In this document: positions 12,719-26,350 of the stretch, piece by piece
How positions within the stretch are numbered: the stretch's first letter is position 1
How the letters are laid out: every line of letters starts with the position of its first letter
DNA from: Octopus sinensis
Lineage: Eukaryota
NCBI RefSeq assembly: GCF_006345805.1
Contig: NC_042998.1
Location: 163,556,001-163,620,000, forward strand
Reading direction: 5' to 3'
DNA length: 64,000 nt
Made by a program: the position numbers and the translations under genes
Notes under the pieces: model-generated
Told to the model about the DNA's origin: nothing
Databases searched by the model: none
The model's input: the letters and a program-made list of their open reading frames with translations, nothing else

Positions 12719-13689
12719 ATATGCATGTTCGTTTACTAATGCTGTCCAAGTGTACAACTTGCAGACCTGTTCAGTGTCTATTCACCAACTCTAAACAATA
12801 GTTTGATCTCATAATAATAGTAACCTTTCATTTCTCGTGTCATATTTTTTTTTACTTTTATTCACCTTCCCTGTCTTTAATATTGACCTCACAACCCAAC
12901 CATGCCCTTTCCTTAAACACACACTCACATTAACACAAAAACACATGACTTTAGGCTCTTATGACTGACTATGGTTCTCTATGACATTTCAATGCTGTTC
13001 TTCCTTGCTTTCATTCCAAGTCTTGAGAAAGATTTTTGCAGTAGACAATTTCTATTTGATATGATTTCATTATGCCAAGTTGCACATCTCATAGATAAAA
13101 ACTGGCTTACATCTTCAGTGTATTTCTGCCAAAGACAGGGCTACTGTTTTTGAATTGCCATGAACAGTTCTTTAAGGTGTTCTTCTACAGCTGACAGCAT
13201 TGCAACCAGTTTCTTTCTGCTTTTTCTCAGTTTTCTTTAAAAAGCTTTGTCTCTTGATCTATAAATAAATGTGTGTGTGTGTTTGTGCATTTTTGATTGT
13301 ATGAAGTTGTTAAGAAATGTAACTTTCCATTGTACCATCACTGGCCGTGTGAAGAAATAGTTATAAGTTTTTGAAGAGACAAGACAAAAGTTGTGGAAAT
13401 GTTTTTAATGTTTTCCAGCTATAACCTCTGCCAAATTTTTTACAAATGAACTGTGATGAATGTGTCAATGAGTGACTGAAGCTTTTGTTCAACAGTTTAT
13501 TATTCTTGAAGATGGTCCGGACAGCTGAATGCTGTGGTAGATGTTTTAAAGTTTCTCAGGGTTGATGACTTACTGGTTTCAAGTTCCAATGTAATGGCTA
13601 CTGGTCTTTGATTTTTATACACCCAAGGATGGAACTCTAAGTAGTACTTGTATATTGGTTTCAAATTTTGACACAAGGCCTGCAATTTT

Positions 13690-13872
13690 TAGAGAGGAGA
13701 CAAGTTGATTATATCAACCTCAGTGTTCAACTGGTACTTATTTTTTCGACTCTGAAAGGATGCAAAGCAAAGTCGACTTTGATGGAATTTGAACTCTGAA
13801 TGCAAAAAGTGAGGAAATGCTGCAGAACATTTTGCCTGGCGTGCTAATGATTCTGCCAGCTCGCCACCTTTA
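13690..13872 (-). mobile_element. SINE family B copy
   Basis: ctggcgtgctaatgattctgccagctcgcc is the reverse complement of the family B head. Other copies at about 18715-18910(+), 42192-42570(+), 43270-43420(+) and 60955-61155(-). Confidence 0.75.
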
Positions 13873-14897
13873 GCAGTAGTGTATTGATAGTTATTCTCTA
13901 GAATATTTCTTTCCATTTGTAACATTGGTGTTAGGGAAAAGACACATACCATAAAAACCCAAGTAACTTGCACACCTGTGTAAGTTACGCTAATGATTTT
14001 CAAGTTAAAGATTGTTAAAAAAAGCTTCTACTTATGTAAAATTTGCATCCAAAAGTTTTCAGAATTGCTGACATGGTCAGGGGGAAAAGGTTTTCAATTT
14101 AGGTGTATTTAGCATAATTTCACTTAACTTATGATTAGATTTTATTAAATTTTCATTAAATAAAAATAATTTCTCTTTAACAGGTATCACATTAAAAGCT
14201 ATTAAATTACAGTGTGTGTTTTGTTTATAATAAACTTTATTTTACATTTCTTGCCCACAAGAGATTATGTCTGATCTTTAGCATACTGCTGTATGTCTTC
14301 TCAAATCACAATCACAGGAAAAGTTGTTAAGAATTATCAACAAAGACAAAGCTAATAAATATGCATAGGTGTTGCAAACTAAGTTTAATTACCTATAAGC
14401 ATCAGCTTGGATGACACTTTACTCAACTGAGTAAAATATGTAAAAGACTGTGATTACCAGCATGGATGTCAGACTACAAAAGTAGTTGACCATTTAATGG
14501 TTTTTAAATATTCTGGAAATGATCTACTCATGTAGTTTATGCGCCCTTAAAATTTATTTTTATTTTTGCAAAAAAAAATGCATAAATTACATGGGTTTTT
14601 ATGGTAGGTTAAAAGCAAGAATATGGCATTGGTGCATGATGTTGTGTCAGTTGAGAGTTAAAGATGTTTTAAAGAACTATCTGAAGAGTAAAACAAACAG
14701 TGGAATTGCTAAGTTGTAGAATTAGTCTTATGTTATAAAAGAGAAAAAGAAGAATGTTCTTAGTTTCAGACAGTGTCTCTTGTCTATGGTATGAAGCACT
14801 TTCATAATACTGACACCCCTCCCCACACACACACATGTATATATATATAATATTATACACTATAATCACCTAATAAATTAATGAGCATAGTGTTTTT

Positions 14898-15205
14898 ATA
14901 TATTTGTCTAGAATCACACCAGACGCGGAGGAGGAGAGAAAATAGTAATTCAGTGAAGGAGAAGTTGTGAGAGTAATAGCCCTGACTGAGAGGGAATGAG
15001 AGAAAGTAATAGCAGTGTGAGAAAGGAAGGGGTTGATAAACAAATAAGGAAGGAAGGGATGAAAAAAAATCAGTGTTTCAACTCTGTGAGTGTATGTGTG
15101 TGTGTATATGTACAAAAGAAGTATGTGAATGTTTGTATGTGTGATTATTATGCACCTTATCTATATATAAAATACAATTAACCGTCCTTATTGATGGCAC
15201 CTCAA
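14898..15205. repeat. Dispersed repeat, copy 1 (copy 2 at 20622-21200)
   Basis: Long collinear match tatttgtcyagaatcacrccaga...gaggaggagagaaaatagtaattcagtgaaggagaag...ttattgatggcac. Confidence 0.8.
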
Positions 15206-15358
15206 TATATATTATATATAAATTATATGTAATACATATATATATGTGTGTGTGAAATTTATACATAATATACAATGTATATATATATATAATAAATATA
15301 ATAATTTGTGCTTGTGTGTGTGTATATATATATATACACATACACACAAACTCACATA

Positions 15359-16240
15359 TGGGGTCTGATCAATAAGTATTTGGACTGTTGCCATGGTAAA
15401 AAAACTAAAGCACACAAAGTGAAGCCACTTGGCACACATTGACCTTGGACTCTGCTGTGCATGAGTATTGAGTTTTAACATTCTAGCTCACTGCCACTGT
15501 TTACAGCAGTGCTTTGAAGGAATGTGTGTAGTGTGTGATCAACACATTGACTTTGACAGAGAAAGTTATCATGGCAATACCTTCTCAAGAGTTTACGCAA
15601 AGTTGCAGAAAGTGTATGGGGAAGAGTGTATGAACTGCACACAAGTGTATGAGCGGTTTAGTTGTTTTCAAGATGGCTGAGAAAATGTCGATAGTGACAA
15701 ACATTCTGGGAGACTCGAAACCTGCTGAACTGAGAAAAACATTGCAGGTGTGCATGCAGCTGTGTGTGCACCACCTGTGAGTTATTAGAGGATGTGAAGA
15801 TTAGTTGCAGTTCAGTTCAGTCCATTATCACTGAAGATTTGGCTATAAGACATGTAGCTGCCAAATTTGTGCCAAAACTGTTTTCAGCTGACTAAAAAGA
15901 CACTTGGATTTCAGTTGCACAAGATCTCCTTGATTGTGTCAAGAAGAATGACAACTTTTTGAAAACTTAGCATAGGCCTCTGAGCAGATATTGCCAAGCC
16001 TTTGCCAAAATTTGATGCAGATTCTTTGCTCAACTTTCTCTGTCATGGTCAATGTGAGGATCACATGCTACACACCTTCCTTCCAAGCACTACTATAAAC
16101 AGTGGAAGTGAGCTAGAACGTTAAAACTCAGTGCTCATGCACAGTAGACATCATGGTCAACCTGTGCCAAGTGGCTTCACTGTTCATGTTTTAGCTTCAT
16201 TGCTCTAGTAACAGTCCGGATACTTATTAATCATATCACG
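15359..16240 (+). mobile_element. Internally deleted mariner element with extended TIRs
   Basis: TA-flanked ends ggggtctgatcaataagtatttggactgtt and aacagtccggatacttattaatcatatcacg; inner inverted gtgaagccacttggcaca. Decayed HTH (VYAKLQKVYGEECMNCTQVYE) and VAAKFVPKL motif. Confidence 0.8.
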
Positions 16241-16297
<57 letters not shown>

Positions 16298-17753
16298 AGT
16301 ACCACTGATGCTATATTCCTGGTAAGGCAGCTGCAGGAGAAATACCTAGCCAAAGATAAGCCCCTGTACCTGGCTTTTGTTGACATGGAGAAAGCCTTCG
16401 ACAGGGTCCCCCAATCCCTTATCTGGTGGTCAATGAGGAAACTAGGGATAGATGAATGGTTAGTGAGAGCTGTGCAAGCCATGTACAGGGATGCTGCTAG
16501 TAAGGTGAGGGTTGGCAACAAGTACAGTGAAGAATTCTGGGTAGAGGTAGGGGTCCACCAACATAACAGTTGCAGCAATATCAAAGGAAGGCTAACTGGG
16601 AAGATAGTTTTTGTATGTGGCAGATGCTCAGGAGGAATAAACACTGAAAATGTGCAGAGAACAACTTCTGTCACTTTCCAGGGGGGAAAAACTAGAAATA
16701 GTTGATAGCTTCCGTTACCTAGGTGACCAAGTCAGTAGCGGGGGTGGGTGTGCTGAAAGTGTAACTGCTAGAGTAAGAATAGCTTGGGCAAAGTTCAGAG
16801 AGCTCTTACCTCTGCTGGTGACAAAAGGCCTCTCGCTCAGAGCAAAAGGCAGACTGTATGACGCGTGTGTACGAACAGCCATGCTACATGGCAGTGAAAC
16901 ATGGGCCATGACTGCTGAGGATATGCGTAAGCTCGCAAGAAATGAAGCTAGTATGCTCCGATGGATGTGTAATGTCAGTGTTCATATTCGACAGTGTAAG
17001 TACCTTGAGAGAAAAGCTGAACCTAAGAAGCATCAGATGTGGTGTGCAAGAGAAACGTTTGCGCTGGTATGGTCATGTGGCGAGAATGGATGAAGATAGT
17101 TGTGTGAAAAAGTGCCACACCCTAGCGGTTGAGGGAACCTGTGGAAGAGGCAGACCCAGGAAAACCTGGGACGAGGTGATGAAGCACAACCTTCGAACTT
17201 TAAGTCTCACTGAGGAAATGACTAGAGACCGAGACCTCTGGAAGTATGCTGTGCGTGAGAAGACCCGGCAGGACAAGTGAGACCATAACCCGTGGCCTTC
17301 TACACGGGATGTAGCCAGTCCACTTATGCATACCTTCCCTTCTTGGGACACAAAACTCTACTTGTGAAGACCTGTTGAGGCAAGTGAGAATCAGAATCGA
17401 AATCAATCAATGGAAATTGCAGCTGAGATACCAGTGCCAGTGGCACGTGAGAGAACCATCCGAACGTGGCCGTTGCCAGCTCCACCCCGACTGGCCTCGT
17501 GCCAGTGGCACATAAAAAGCACCATCCGATCATGGCCGTTTGCCAGACTCGTCTGACACCTGTGCCGGTGGCACATAAAAAGCACCCACTACACTCATAG
17601 AGTGGTTGGTGTTAGGAAGGGCATCCAGCCGTAGAAACATTGCCAGATCAGACTGGGCCTGGTGCAGCCTTCTGGCTTCCCAGACCCCAGTTGAACTGTC
17701 CAACCCATGCTAGCATGGAAAGCAGACGCTAAACGATGATGATGATGATGATG

Positions 17754-17755
<2 letters not shown>
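16298..17755 (+). mobile_element. RTE-clade LINE, 5'-truncated and internally deleted
   Basis: RT motifs STTDAIFLVRQLQEKY...AFVDMEKAFDRVP...GVHQ, then FRYLG, KGRLYDACVRTAMLHGSETW, RLRWYGHVAR and GRGRPRKTW; stop at 17278-17280. 3' UTR has tandem units and a (GAT)n tail. The YADD region is deleted at about 16561. Confidence 0.93.
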
Positions 17756-17799
<44 letters not shown>

Positions 17800-17800
<1 letters not shown>

Positions 17801-18720
17801 GAGGGTGTGTCGGTTTTTTGATGTCATTTGTACGAGCGATGCATGGCTCATAAAAGAAAAACTGTGTTTGATAACAAATAATTTTGAGAATCCTATTATC
17901 AGACCTAGTCAGTGAATTTACTATTAATATCAGAGGCTGCTTCAATACAGAGTCAAAAGTGTTGACATTCCTGAATCAGATGATCTTTATCAATTTTATA
18001 CACAGTGCTGGTTATAGTGGATTTGGGAGATTGTATGGTATTATGGTGGTGTTGACTGACCTCTCTCTTGATTATAATAGTCTAATGGATTGAGGTCTTG
18101 TGCTCTAGGGAGTCATATGACTGGGACAACATAATTATGTAGATTAGCATACATCCATGCTTGGGTTATCCTAGCCTAATCAAACAGCAAAGTGTCTTGT
18201 TGGATGATGTACAGTCTTCTGTTGCATATTTTGTCCACCCAGGGCCTCACAACTTTCTCCAACCCCACTGTACAGACAGCAGCATTGAGAAAATGTGTGA
18301 AGGCATGACATCTCCCTCATCACTGACAACTCCCAGAACCATTACAGTTGTTGTCAACTTAATATGCATGTCCATTGGAACCTCATTTGTTTCTCTGTGT
18401 AACTATTTGTTGTTCCTTACATTTACCTATTGGTCCTCATCAATTTTTCTTTTTATTGGAGAAAAAGCATTTCAGCCTCTTAATGTTTTCACTTGTTTAG
18501 CAAGCACTTTGCATGGTTCAGATGAATCTCTCTTGTTATATCTGACATGAACTGACACCTCTGCATCACATACAATTTGTACGTGATGTCCTCTTGCCCA
18601 GCTTTTCTTACGATTTGTATTCTGCATTCTGAAACCTTGAAGTCCTGTGCAAAATCTCTGATTGACTTTCCAAGATTTTTATCGACTATATTTTTGACTT
18701 TTTGTACAAAGTTAGGTGAT
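17800..18720 (-). mobile_element. Decayed Tc1/mariner-superfamily transposon, maT/DD37D-like
   Basis: Minus-strand fragments NEVPMDMHIKLTTTVMVLGVVSDEGDVMPSHI and QDLNPLDYY; many stops and frameshifts; boundaries approximate. Confidence 0.6.
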
Positions 18721-19424
18721 CAGTGGTATAGGCACTGTTTCTTCTAGCTTTACATTCTGAGTTCAAATTCCACTGAGGTAACTTTTCCTTCATCCTTTCA
18801 GGATCAATAAAATAAGTAACAGTTGAGCACTGGGGTCAATGTAATCAACTATCTCTCTCCCCAACCTGCCAAAATTTAGGCTTTGTGCCCATAGTAGAAA
18901 GAGATGTTGTTGTTTTTGTTTTTGTAAAGTGCAACAAGCTGTGAAAAAAGAAAAGAAAAGAACCATCTGCTCAAACAATTCTCACAAATGAATACAAGGT
19001 TACAGAAGCGTCAAACCTATACAATGAGGGTTGATGTAAGATATAATCAAGCTGTATAATAAATTCATCTCCAGGGAGGTTGTTCTTGTTGATGCTGTTG
19101 TTGCTGTTATAAACGTTAATTACAGATGAATTGAAAATTTGACAATTTCCACTGAAATATGTTTGTGTGTTGATCACTGTTTATGAAAACATCTATATTC
19201 TGCAAACGCTCACACAGAGAGAGAATCAAAAGCGAATTCCTTTGTTTCATTATCTGAAAATCATACAGACTTGTCTCTTGACAGTGCTCGTTAATTTTCA
19301 GCTGTTATAAAAGTCAAAGCTTTGCAGTTTTATAATACAAACTAACTTTGTTATTTCAATTATTATTATTTTCTAAGTTAACTTTAAAAAGAAAACTTTT
19401 ATGTTTGTTATTCATGTTTTATTT

Positions 19425-19531
19425 TATATATATATATATAAATGTATGTATATGTATATATATTGTTTTATATATATATATACATAAAACAATATATACA
19501 TGTATATATGAATATATATGTATATATATAC

Positions 19532-19573
<42 letters not shown>

Positions 19574-19790
19574 ATATATACATAAAATAATATATATATA
19601 AATATACATAATACAATATATATATGTGTGTATATATATATATATATACATACATAAATGTGTATGTATGTGAATATATATATATAGAGATATACATGTA
19701 TAGATATGTATATATATATGTGTGTGTGCGTGAGTATGCATATATACACACACCCACACACATTCACACACATATATATATATAATTTAG
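19425..19790. repeat. Degenerate (TA)n/(TG)n/(CA)n microsatellite block
   Basis: Directly visible; source of the spurious YI-rich ORFs. Confidence 0.95.
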
Positions 19791-20517
19791 GTTATTATAT
19801 TTGTTTATCACAAGAGTCAAAAGCAGACAATTTAAACAATCTGATTGTGTGTTGATAGATCAATAGTTTGGATTTTCGACAATTATGCTTTATTTTTGTA
19901 GCTGTCAGTTATATCACTATATTTTATCCAATATTTTTCTATGGACATCTATCTTCAGAGGGCAAATTGCACATATTTTTGTAATGTTGGTTTCAATTCA
20001 AAGCTAAAGTAGGTGGGAGGGTAGTCAAAGATAATTGCCATCACCATTGTTATCATCACTGTTGTCATCATCATCATCATCATTTCTTTGTCATTGTAGC
20101 ATGAGTTTTTTTAGTTTGTTTTTGTTTTGTTTTTTCATGCTGATGTATGTTTTACCAGTCTACAACATATATCATTTTTCTATCTGCATCAGTGTTGTGT
20201 CATCTCATCTGTTTGGTCCAGCATCAAGAAACACATAATAATGGTTATGTATGAAGAACCATTGAGAAAGGAGTTGTTAACTCTAAAATTCAATCCAACT
20301 TCCTAACTAAACATAAATCAAATTTATTTATTTTCTTATGCATTAGCCTAGCAGATGTTCGAATTGAACCATGACCACATAGACATCCTCTGTCTGGAAG
20401 AGCCTGCATGCTGTTCCATATTTTCTCTCTGAATAATTACCCAACAAAAGAGGAATGTGTAAATTACTCTTAAAAGAACCAGACATGAACATCTGATATA
20501 ATAATGAATGTTGTGTG

Positions 20518-20553
<36 letters not shown>

Positions 20554-20585
20554 GGTTGCACCCATAACCCCTAACTTACTTTGTG

Positions 20586-20621
<36 letters not shown>

Positions 20622-20629
<8 letters not shown>

Positions 20630-21200
20630 CCAGAATCACGCCAGATGCAGAGGAGGAGAGAAAATAGTAATTCAGTGAAGGAGAAGTAGTGAGAGTAATA
20701 GCCCTGACTGAGAGGGAGTGAGAGAAAGTAATAAAGTAATAGCAATGAGAGAAAGGAAGGGGTGATAGATGAATAAGGAAAGAAGGGGTGAAAAAAAATC
20801 AGCATTTCAACTCTGTGTCAGTGCATTATTTACATTTGATGCATATTTGTCCTCATCTTGTTTGTTGTTAACAAAGTGTTTCGACTGATATACCCTCCAG
20901 CCTTCTTCAGGTGTCTTGGGGAAATTTCGAACCTGGGTTCTCTCTCCTAAGGTATTTTTCGATGTTATTATCATTATTATTATTATTAAGATGAGGACAA
21001 ATATCCTTCAAATGTAAATAATGTATATAATTCCTCATCTCTTAAATATAGAACTATATTATCTTTGTGAGTATATGTGTGTATGTGTGTGCATGTACAA
21101 GAGAGGTATGTGAATGTTTGTATGTGTGATTATTATGTACCTTATTTTGTACTCTATTTATATGTAAAATACTAAAATTAGCTGTCATTATTGATGGCAC
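20622..21200. repeat. Dispersed repeat, copy 2, interrupted by a 245-bp insert
   Basis: Matches 14898-15205 on both sides of 20818-21062. Confidence 0.8.
20818..21062 (-). mobile_element. Penelope-like (pLTR-type) fragment with internal inverted repeat
   Basis: Inverted pair cattatttacatttga..atatttgtcctcatctt and aagatgaggacaaatat..tcaaatgtaaataatg; CTGAAGA...CGAAA motif on the minus strand; TSD-like ctctgtg/ctttgtg. Confidence 0.55.
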
Positions 21201-21279
21201 ATGGTCAGCTAGTAGCTTTATGTTTTCTAAACCAAAGAAATAAGGCATATGCTTGAGTCTCTACATAGTTACTCAAAAC

Positions 21280-21560
21280 TAGCATAGCTAGAGGGGTGTG
21301 GAGGGGGCAGTTCACTTTGGGCAGCACTTTTATGAGGGTGATACCACTTTGAGGGTCTACTGTAGGCTATAAGCCTGTATAAGTTGTATTAAAATGAAAT
21401 TATAGTGGTTTTGATGTCGGGACATGGACACTACTCACCAATAAATGCAACAATCGATATAGTCACTGTGCAATATGTATTTTCGTAGGGGCCTGGGGGT
21501 GGGATAGGAGGAAACTGAAGGGCTGCCCTGGGTGGCACACACTCTAGCTACACCACTGTT
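21280..21560. mobile_element. Non-autonomous DNA element (hAT-like MITE)
   Basis: Imperfect inverted ends tagctagaggggtg and cacactctagctacaccactg. Confidence 0.4.
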
Positions 21561-22186
21561 ACTCAGCCTGCAAGAAACAGTAGGTGAATCTTTCCCAAAT
21601 GATACCACATCATTATTTAAAAGATGAGAAGTCATATTCAATTATATAGTGGGAGATGTACTATTTCTAAATAGGTAAGATATCTGTGGTATTAATGTCT
21701 TTTAATCATAGGTCTATGCAATCAAAATTAACCTATAGCTTCGCCTAGGGCTAAATAAAAAGAAAAAAATAAAGTAAATTTATTTGTTAATGTTATTCTT
21801 GACCAGTTGACAAATTCTTTACTTTTTTAATATATCTTTGGTGGTGTATACTTTATTTTTTTGTCTCTGTGTCCACTTATGTCTGCCCACCTGTCTAGTT
21901 GTCTGTTCTGATTGTCTACATAGCTGTCTGTATGTCTCTTAATTTTTTTCTTTGCCTAACAGTCATTCTATTTATGTGCCCCTACCAATCTTCTCTACCT
22001 TGTTGACTTAAAATGGAGACTGTTTTTGTTGCAAGCATTTGCACTAACCCTTTGGTCTGAAGATAATTTTTTTTCCTTTCTGAAAGCCCCTCCACTTCTT
22101 CCTATGGCTAAATAGTTTTTAAAAAATGTTTCTTTTCTCATTTGTAACATTAATTGCACTTTTTTTTCTTTTGTGGGCCATTCTAG

Positions 22187-22287
22187 GTTGGAAATGCAGG
22201 AGGAGCTAGACAGACTGCAAGTAAAGCACTCCCACGATACAGCTTCACTTCTTGAAATGAGGTTAACTCTACAACATGAGCGAGAAG
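22187..22287 (+). CDS. CNTLN: Next centlein-like coding exon
   Basis: Polypyrimidine tract then ttctag|; donor g|gtatta. Joins the previous exon in phase (CG|G = Arg). Translates LEMQEELDRLQVKHSHDTASLLEMRLTLQHERE, collinear with recalled centlein MNLEEELDELKVHISIDKAAIQELNRCVAERRE. Confidence 0.85.
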
Positions 22288-22444
22288 GTATTATACTTGT
22301 TTTTATCCTAAATGAACCATATTAGGTACCTTTGCTTTTCTAGTATTTTCCTTTCTTGCTGTTAATTTTCTTAGTCTAAATGCATACAATTATACAAATA
22401 CTTCAAAACTTATAGCTATTATAGTAAATTTTCTTGTGTATTTA

Positions 22445-22730
22445 TATATCATCATCATCATCTTTTAATGTCTATTCTCCATGGTAGCATGGGTTGGACA
22501 GTTTGACAGGAGTTGGCCAACTGGAGCGCTATCCAGGCTCCATTTGTCTGTTTTGGCATGGTTTCTACAGTTGGATGCCAGCCACTTGCAGGGTATACTG
22601 GATGCTTTTACATGGCACTGACATAGGTGCTTTTATGTGGTACCAGCACAGGTGCTTTTACAAGCCAGTGGGACAGGTGCTTTTATGTGGCATCAGCATC
22701 CATAAGCCCACAAGACTAGGATCTCTCAAC
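22445..22730 (-). mobile_element. RTE 3' end fragments (22445-22730 minus; another at 23020-23195 plus)
   Basis: (CAT)n/(GAT)n tails plus catgggttggacagtttgacaggag. Further copies at about 7110-7290, 37250-37450, 49490-49690, 54535-54750, 60150-60430 and 62240-62460. Confidence 0.7.
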
Positions 22731-25700
22731 TGAGAGAGGGATGTAGAGGACATGCCTGTATATATATATTTGTGTGTGTGTGTGTGTGTTTGTTCTCCAC
22801 CACTGCTTGACAACCAGTGTTGGTCTGTTTACATCCCCATAACTTAACAGTTTTGCAAAAATACAGATAGGATAAGTACTAGTTCTTTGAAATAAATGCA
22901 GGGTTTGGTCTTTTCAAATTAACCCTTTAAGTTGGCTTCCAAGTGTGGCCACAGTCCAACGACTGAAACATGTAAAAGAATTAAGGTAAAGAAGAATATA
23001 TATATATTTGTAAATGCACCTATGCTGGTGCTGTGTAAAAACACCCAGTACACTCTGTAAAGTGGTTGGCATTAGGAAGGATATCCAGCCATAAAAACCA
23101 TGCCAAAACAGATATGGAGCCTGGCCAGCTCCTGTCAAACTGTCCAACCCATGCTAGCAGGGAAAATGGACATTAAATAATGAGGATGATAATGATGATG
23201 ATATATGGCAGATAAAAGAAGTGAGGTGAGAGAATAGATGTTTATACCATTAGTTTACAGCTGTTTCATTACCTTTTTAGTTATATAATTGATATTACAT
23301 CACCATTCACACATATATAAAATATACTTATAAATATATATGTACACCCATATATGAAAGTGTACTGTACATTTCCCTAATAGACTAATCCCTGAGATTG
23401 TTTTCAATCTCTTCATCCTTTGCTTCTCTTTTTTGAGCATTTGAGTGAACCACCATCAGCTCTAACATGAACCTAAATAACATAAGCCCTCAAATAAACA
23501 GTGCATGAGTGTGTTTATATGTGTTTGTGTTTTTTTATATGTAAGTTCATATATGTGTATATCTTTTATTATGTTTTCTATATCTATCTATTACTTTTGG
23601 GACTACAGTCATGCTGGGGCATTTCCTCGATGTTTTTAGTTGAACAAATCAACCTCAATGCTTATTTGTTTTAAAGCCTGGTACTTTATCAATATCTTTT
23701 GCTGAACTGCCAAGTTATGATGATATAAACAAGCAAACACCTGTTATCATACAGTGGTGGTTGGGGTCGGGGACAAATACACACACGCACACATATGTGC
23801 ATCTGTCTGTGTGTGTGCACATGTGTGTATATATATGTATATATGTATATATATATATATGTGTGTGTGTGTGTGCATGCGTATGTGTGTATGTAGATAG
23901 ATAGATTTACACATGATGAGTTTTTCAGTATGCATTTACTAAATCTGCTCACAAGACTTCAGTCAGCCTTGGGCTATATAAGAAGACGTTTGCCCATGTT
24001 GTCATTTAGTGGGACTGAACCTGAAACCATGGGATTGAGAAGCAAACTTCTTACCACACAGCCATGCTTTCACTTGTGTATGTGTGTGTGTATATATATA
24101 TATAAAGTAATAAATGTCAAGATTAGCACCTTGCTACTTTAGTATCTCTTACACTCTTACATGGAGTTAATTAAATTTCTTAAACAGGAAAGTGGTGAGT
24201 TGAATCTAAGGTGTGACAGGTTTGAGAATTAACAGCTGTGAGTTTATTGGTTATATAATTGTAATGCATGTGTTTCCTTGATTGCGTTATAAACATTTTT
24301 ATTTTCAACTTCTTGTTTATTTATTTGGTAATACTATACTTAAATAAAACAAAACATTGTTCAAGTATTTTATTAGCTGGAAAGTATAATGAAACATTAT
24401 CTATTTTTCAGTGTTAGGTGCGTCCATTGAACTGTAGTATATATAAATCTGTCAGCTTTTGGTTGCTTACATTATTCTCTGATTAACTTATCTATCAGTT
24501 GGTCTGTCTATCTATCTATCTATCTTTCTGTCTGTCTATCTGTCTATCTATGAATCAATCAGTCAAACAATGAATCAAGCAAGTTGCTTGTGTATTTGAT
24601 ATAGTAAGCTAAGATTTTTTAGTTCATGCAAACCATACCATTAGCAAAGAGAACCATCATACACTAAATGATTAATTTTTATTTCCTTCAGTGCTAATAT
24701 GGGCTGAGTTTGTCTGTTGGTCACATTTTATGTAGTTTTTCATGTGGACTGCTTTGTGGTAGATTGGTTCTGAATGCAATATATGCAGACTCCCAAAGTG
24801 GTATCACCCTAATAAAAGGTACTCAAGAATCAAGTGGTGGTGTTAAACTTGGTACCAAATTAAGGCTATCATCCAAGAACTGGAATAGTTCCTCAGATAG
24901 GCTTTTTACACAGCTTTACCTTGAGGCTTTGGCCAGTCTGCAGTTATACTCGAAGACACATACCTAAGTTGCTGCACAGTGGGATCAGTCCCAGAACCTT
25001 GTAGTTGTGAAATGAACTTCTCAAGCATGTAGTCATATTTGCACCTAAGGAGTGCAGTCAACAAATCTGGATTATATAATCAAATATTTCTGTAACATTA
25101 ATCTATTATGCACATATTCCCACTTATATGTATAAATATAGTATATATATATATATATGTATGTATATATAATGTATATTATATTTGTATATATAATATA
25201 TAATATATATAATAAAAATGTGACAAAAGGTATAACAGAAGTACATACTGAAAAGGAGAAAAAAAACATACAATGGATGTTGACATGATCAGTCCCTCAT
25301 CAGCTGTCTACCAAATATCATCACAATTTCCACACCTATATATGTGTGCATGTGTATTTTATATATGTGTCATGTATATATGTATGAATGTATATAATAC
25401 ATATATATATATATATATATGTATGCATGTATATGTAAGTACACATTTTTCTAAATCTTGTACGACTCTTATTCCTGTCTATCAGCCTTTTCACACATAT
25501 TCGTTCATTCCACTTTTCGTTCTTTCATTCCCTCTCTCTAACATTTCTTTGCCTTCTCTTCTTACTCACTTTCCCTCCACTTTCTACTTCCCTGTGTCCC
25601 TGTCATTTTTTCTCTCCCCTCCTTAATTCTTCTATCCTTCTGCTTCTACTTCTCTCTCTTCTTTTCCCACATGACTGCCTCAGCCTAGCCTGTTCTTTCT

Positions 25701-26159
25701 TTCTTGGTCTGACCGTTGACCATGCAACATCGATATTCTTCCCTGTGTTTGTGAAATGTTTGTATCTCTGCCATAAGGCTTCTTTTCCACATTCGCCAGC
25801 TTAATTCAATTCGTCCTTAGTCTAAAGACACCTGTTGTTATGTCCTGTTATTATTTTTATTGTATTTATATTTGTGTAACATGTCTGTTTTTTACGTCCT
25901 TGTTTTTGTATACATTCGCTGCTTTCTTTCAAGGAATCTAATGCTCTTAGCTTAGTTTCTCCTTGGGGCTGGCCAGATTAGAGCAATCTCAAGAATAATC
26001 AGCTGAAATTGCAAGGATAGTCTGGTATTTGACTGAGGAAAGAAAACTTCGAATGACCCGTCCTTGTTTTCTTTGTATCGTCTATCTGGATGTTTTGTTG
26101 TCCCTTTTTGTATCACCTAGCTGTCCGGATGTTTTGTGTTGTCCCATTTTGTATTATTG

Positions 26160-26317
26160 TTATATATCGGTATGTACATATATGTATGTATATATGCATA
26201 TACATATATGTATGCAAATATGAGTATTTATTCATATATATGTATATATGCATATCTATCAATCTAAATATCTATCTATCTATATACACACACACACACA
26301 CACACATATATATGTAT

Positions 26318-26350
<33 letters not shown>

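Noticed and set aside
12980-13265. Coding-looking minus-strand stretch
   Set aside because: Several stops and no recognisable motif; cannot be assigned.
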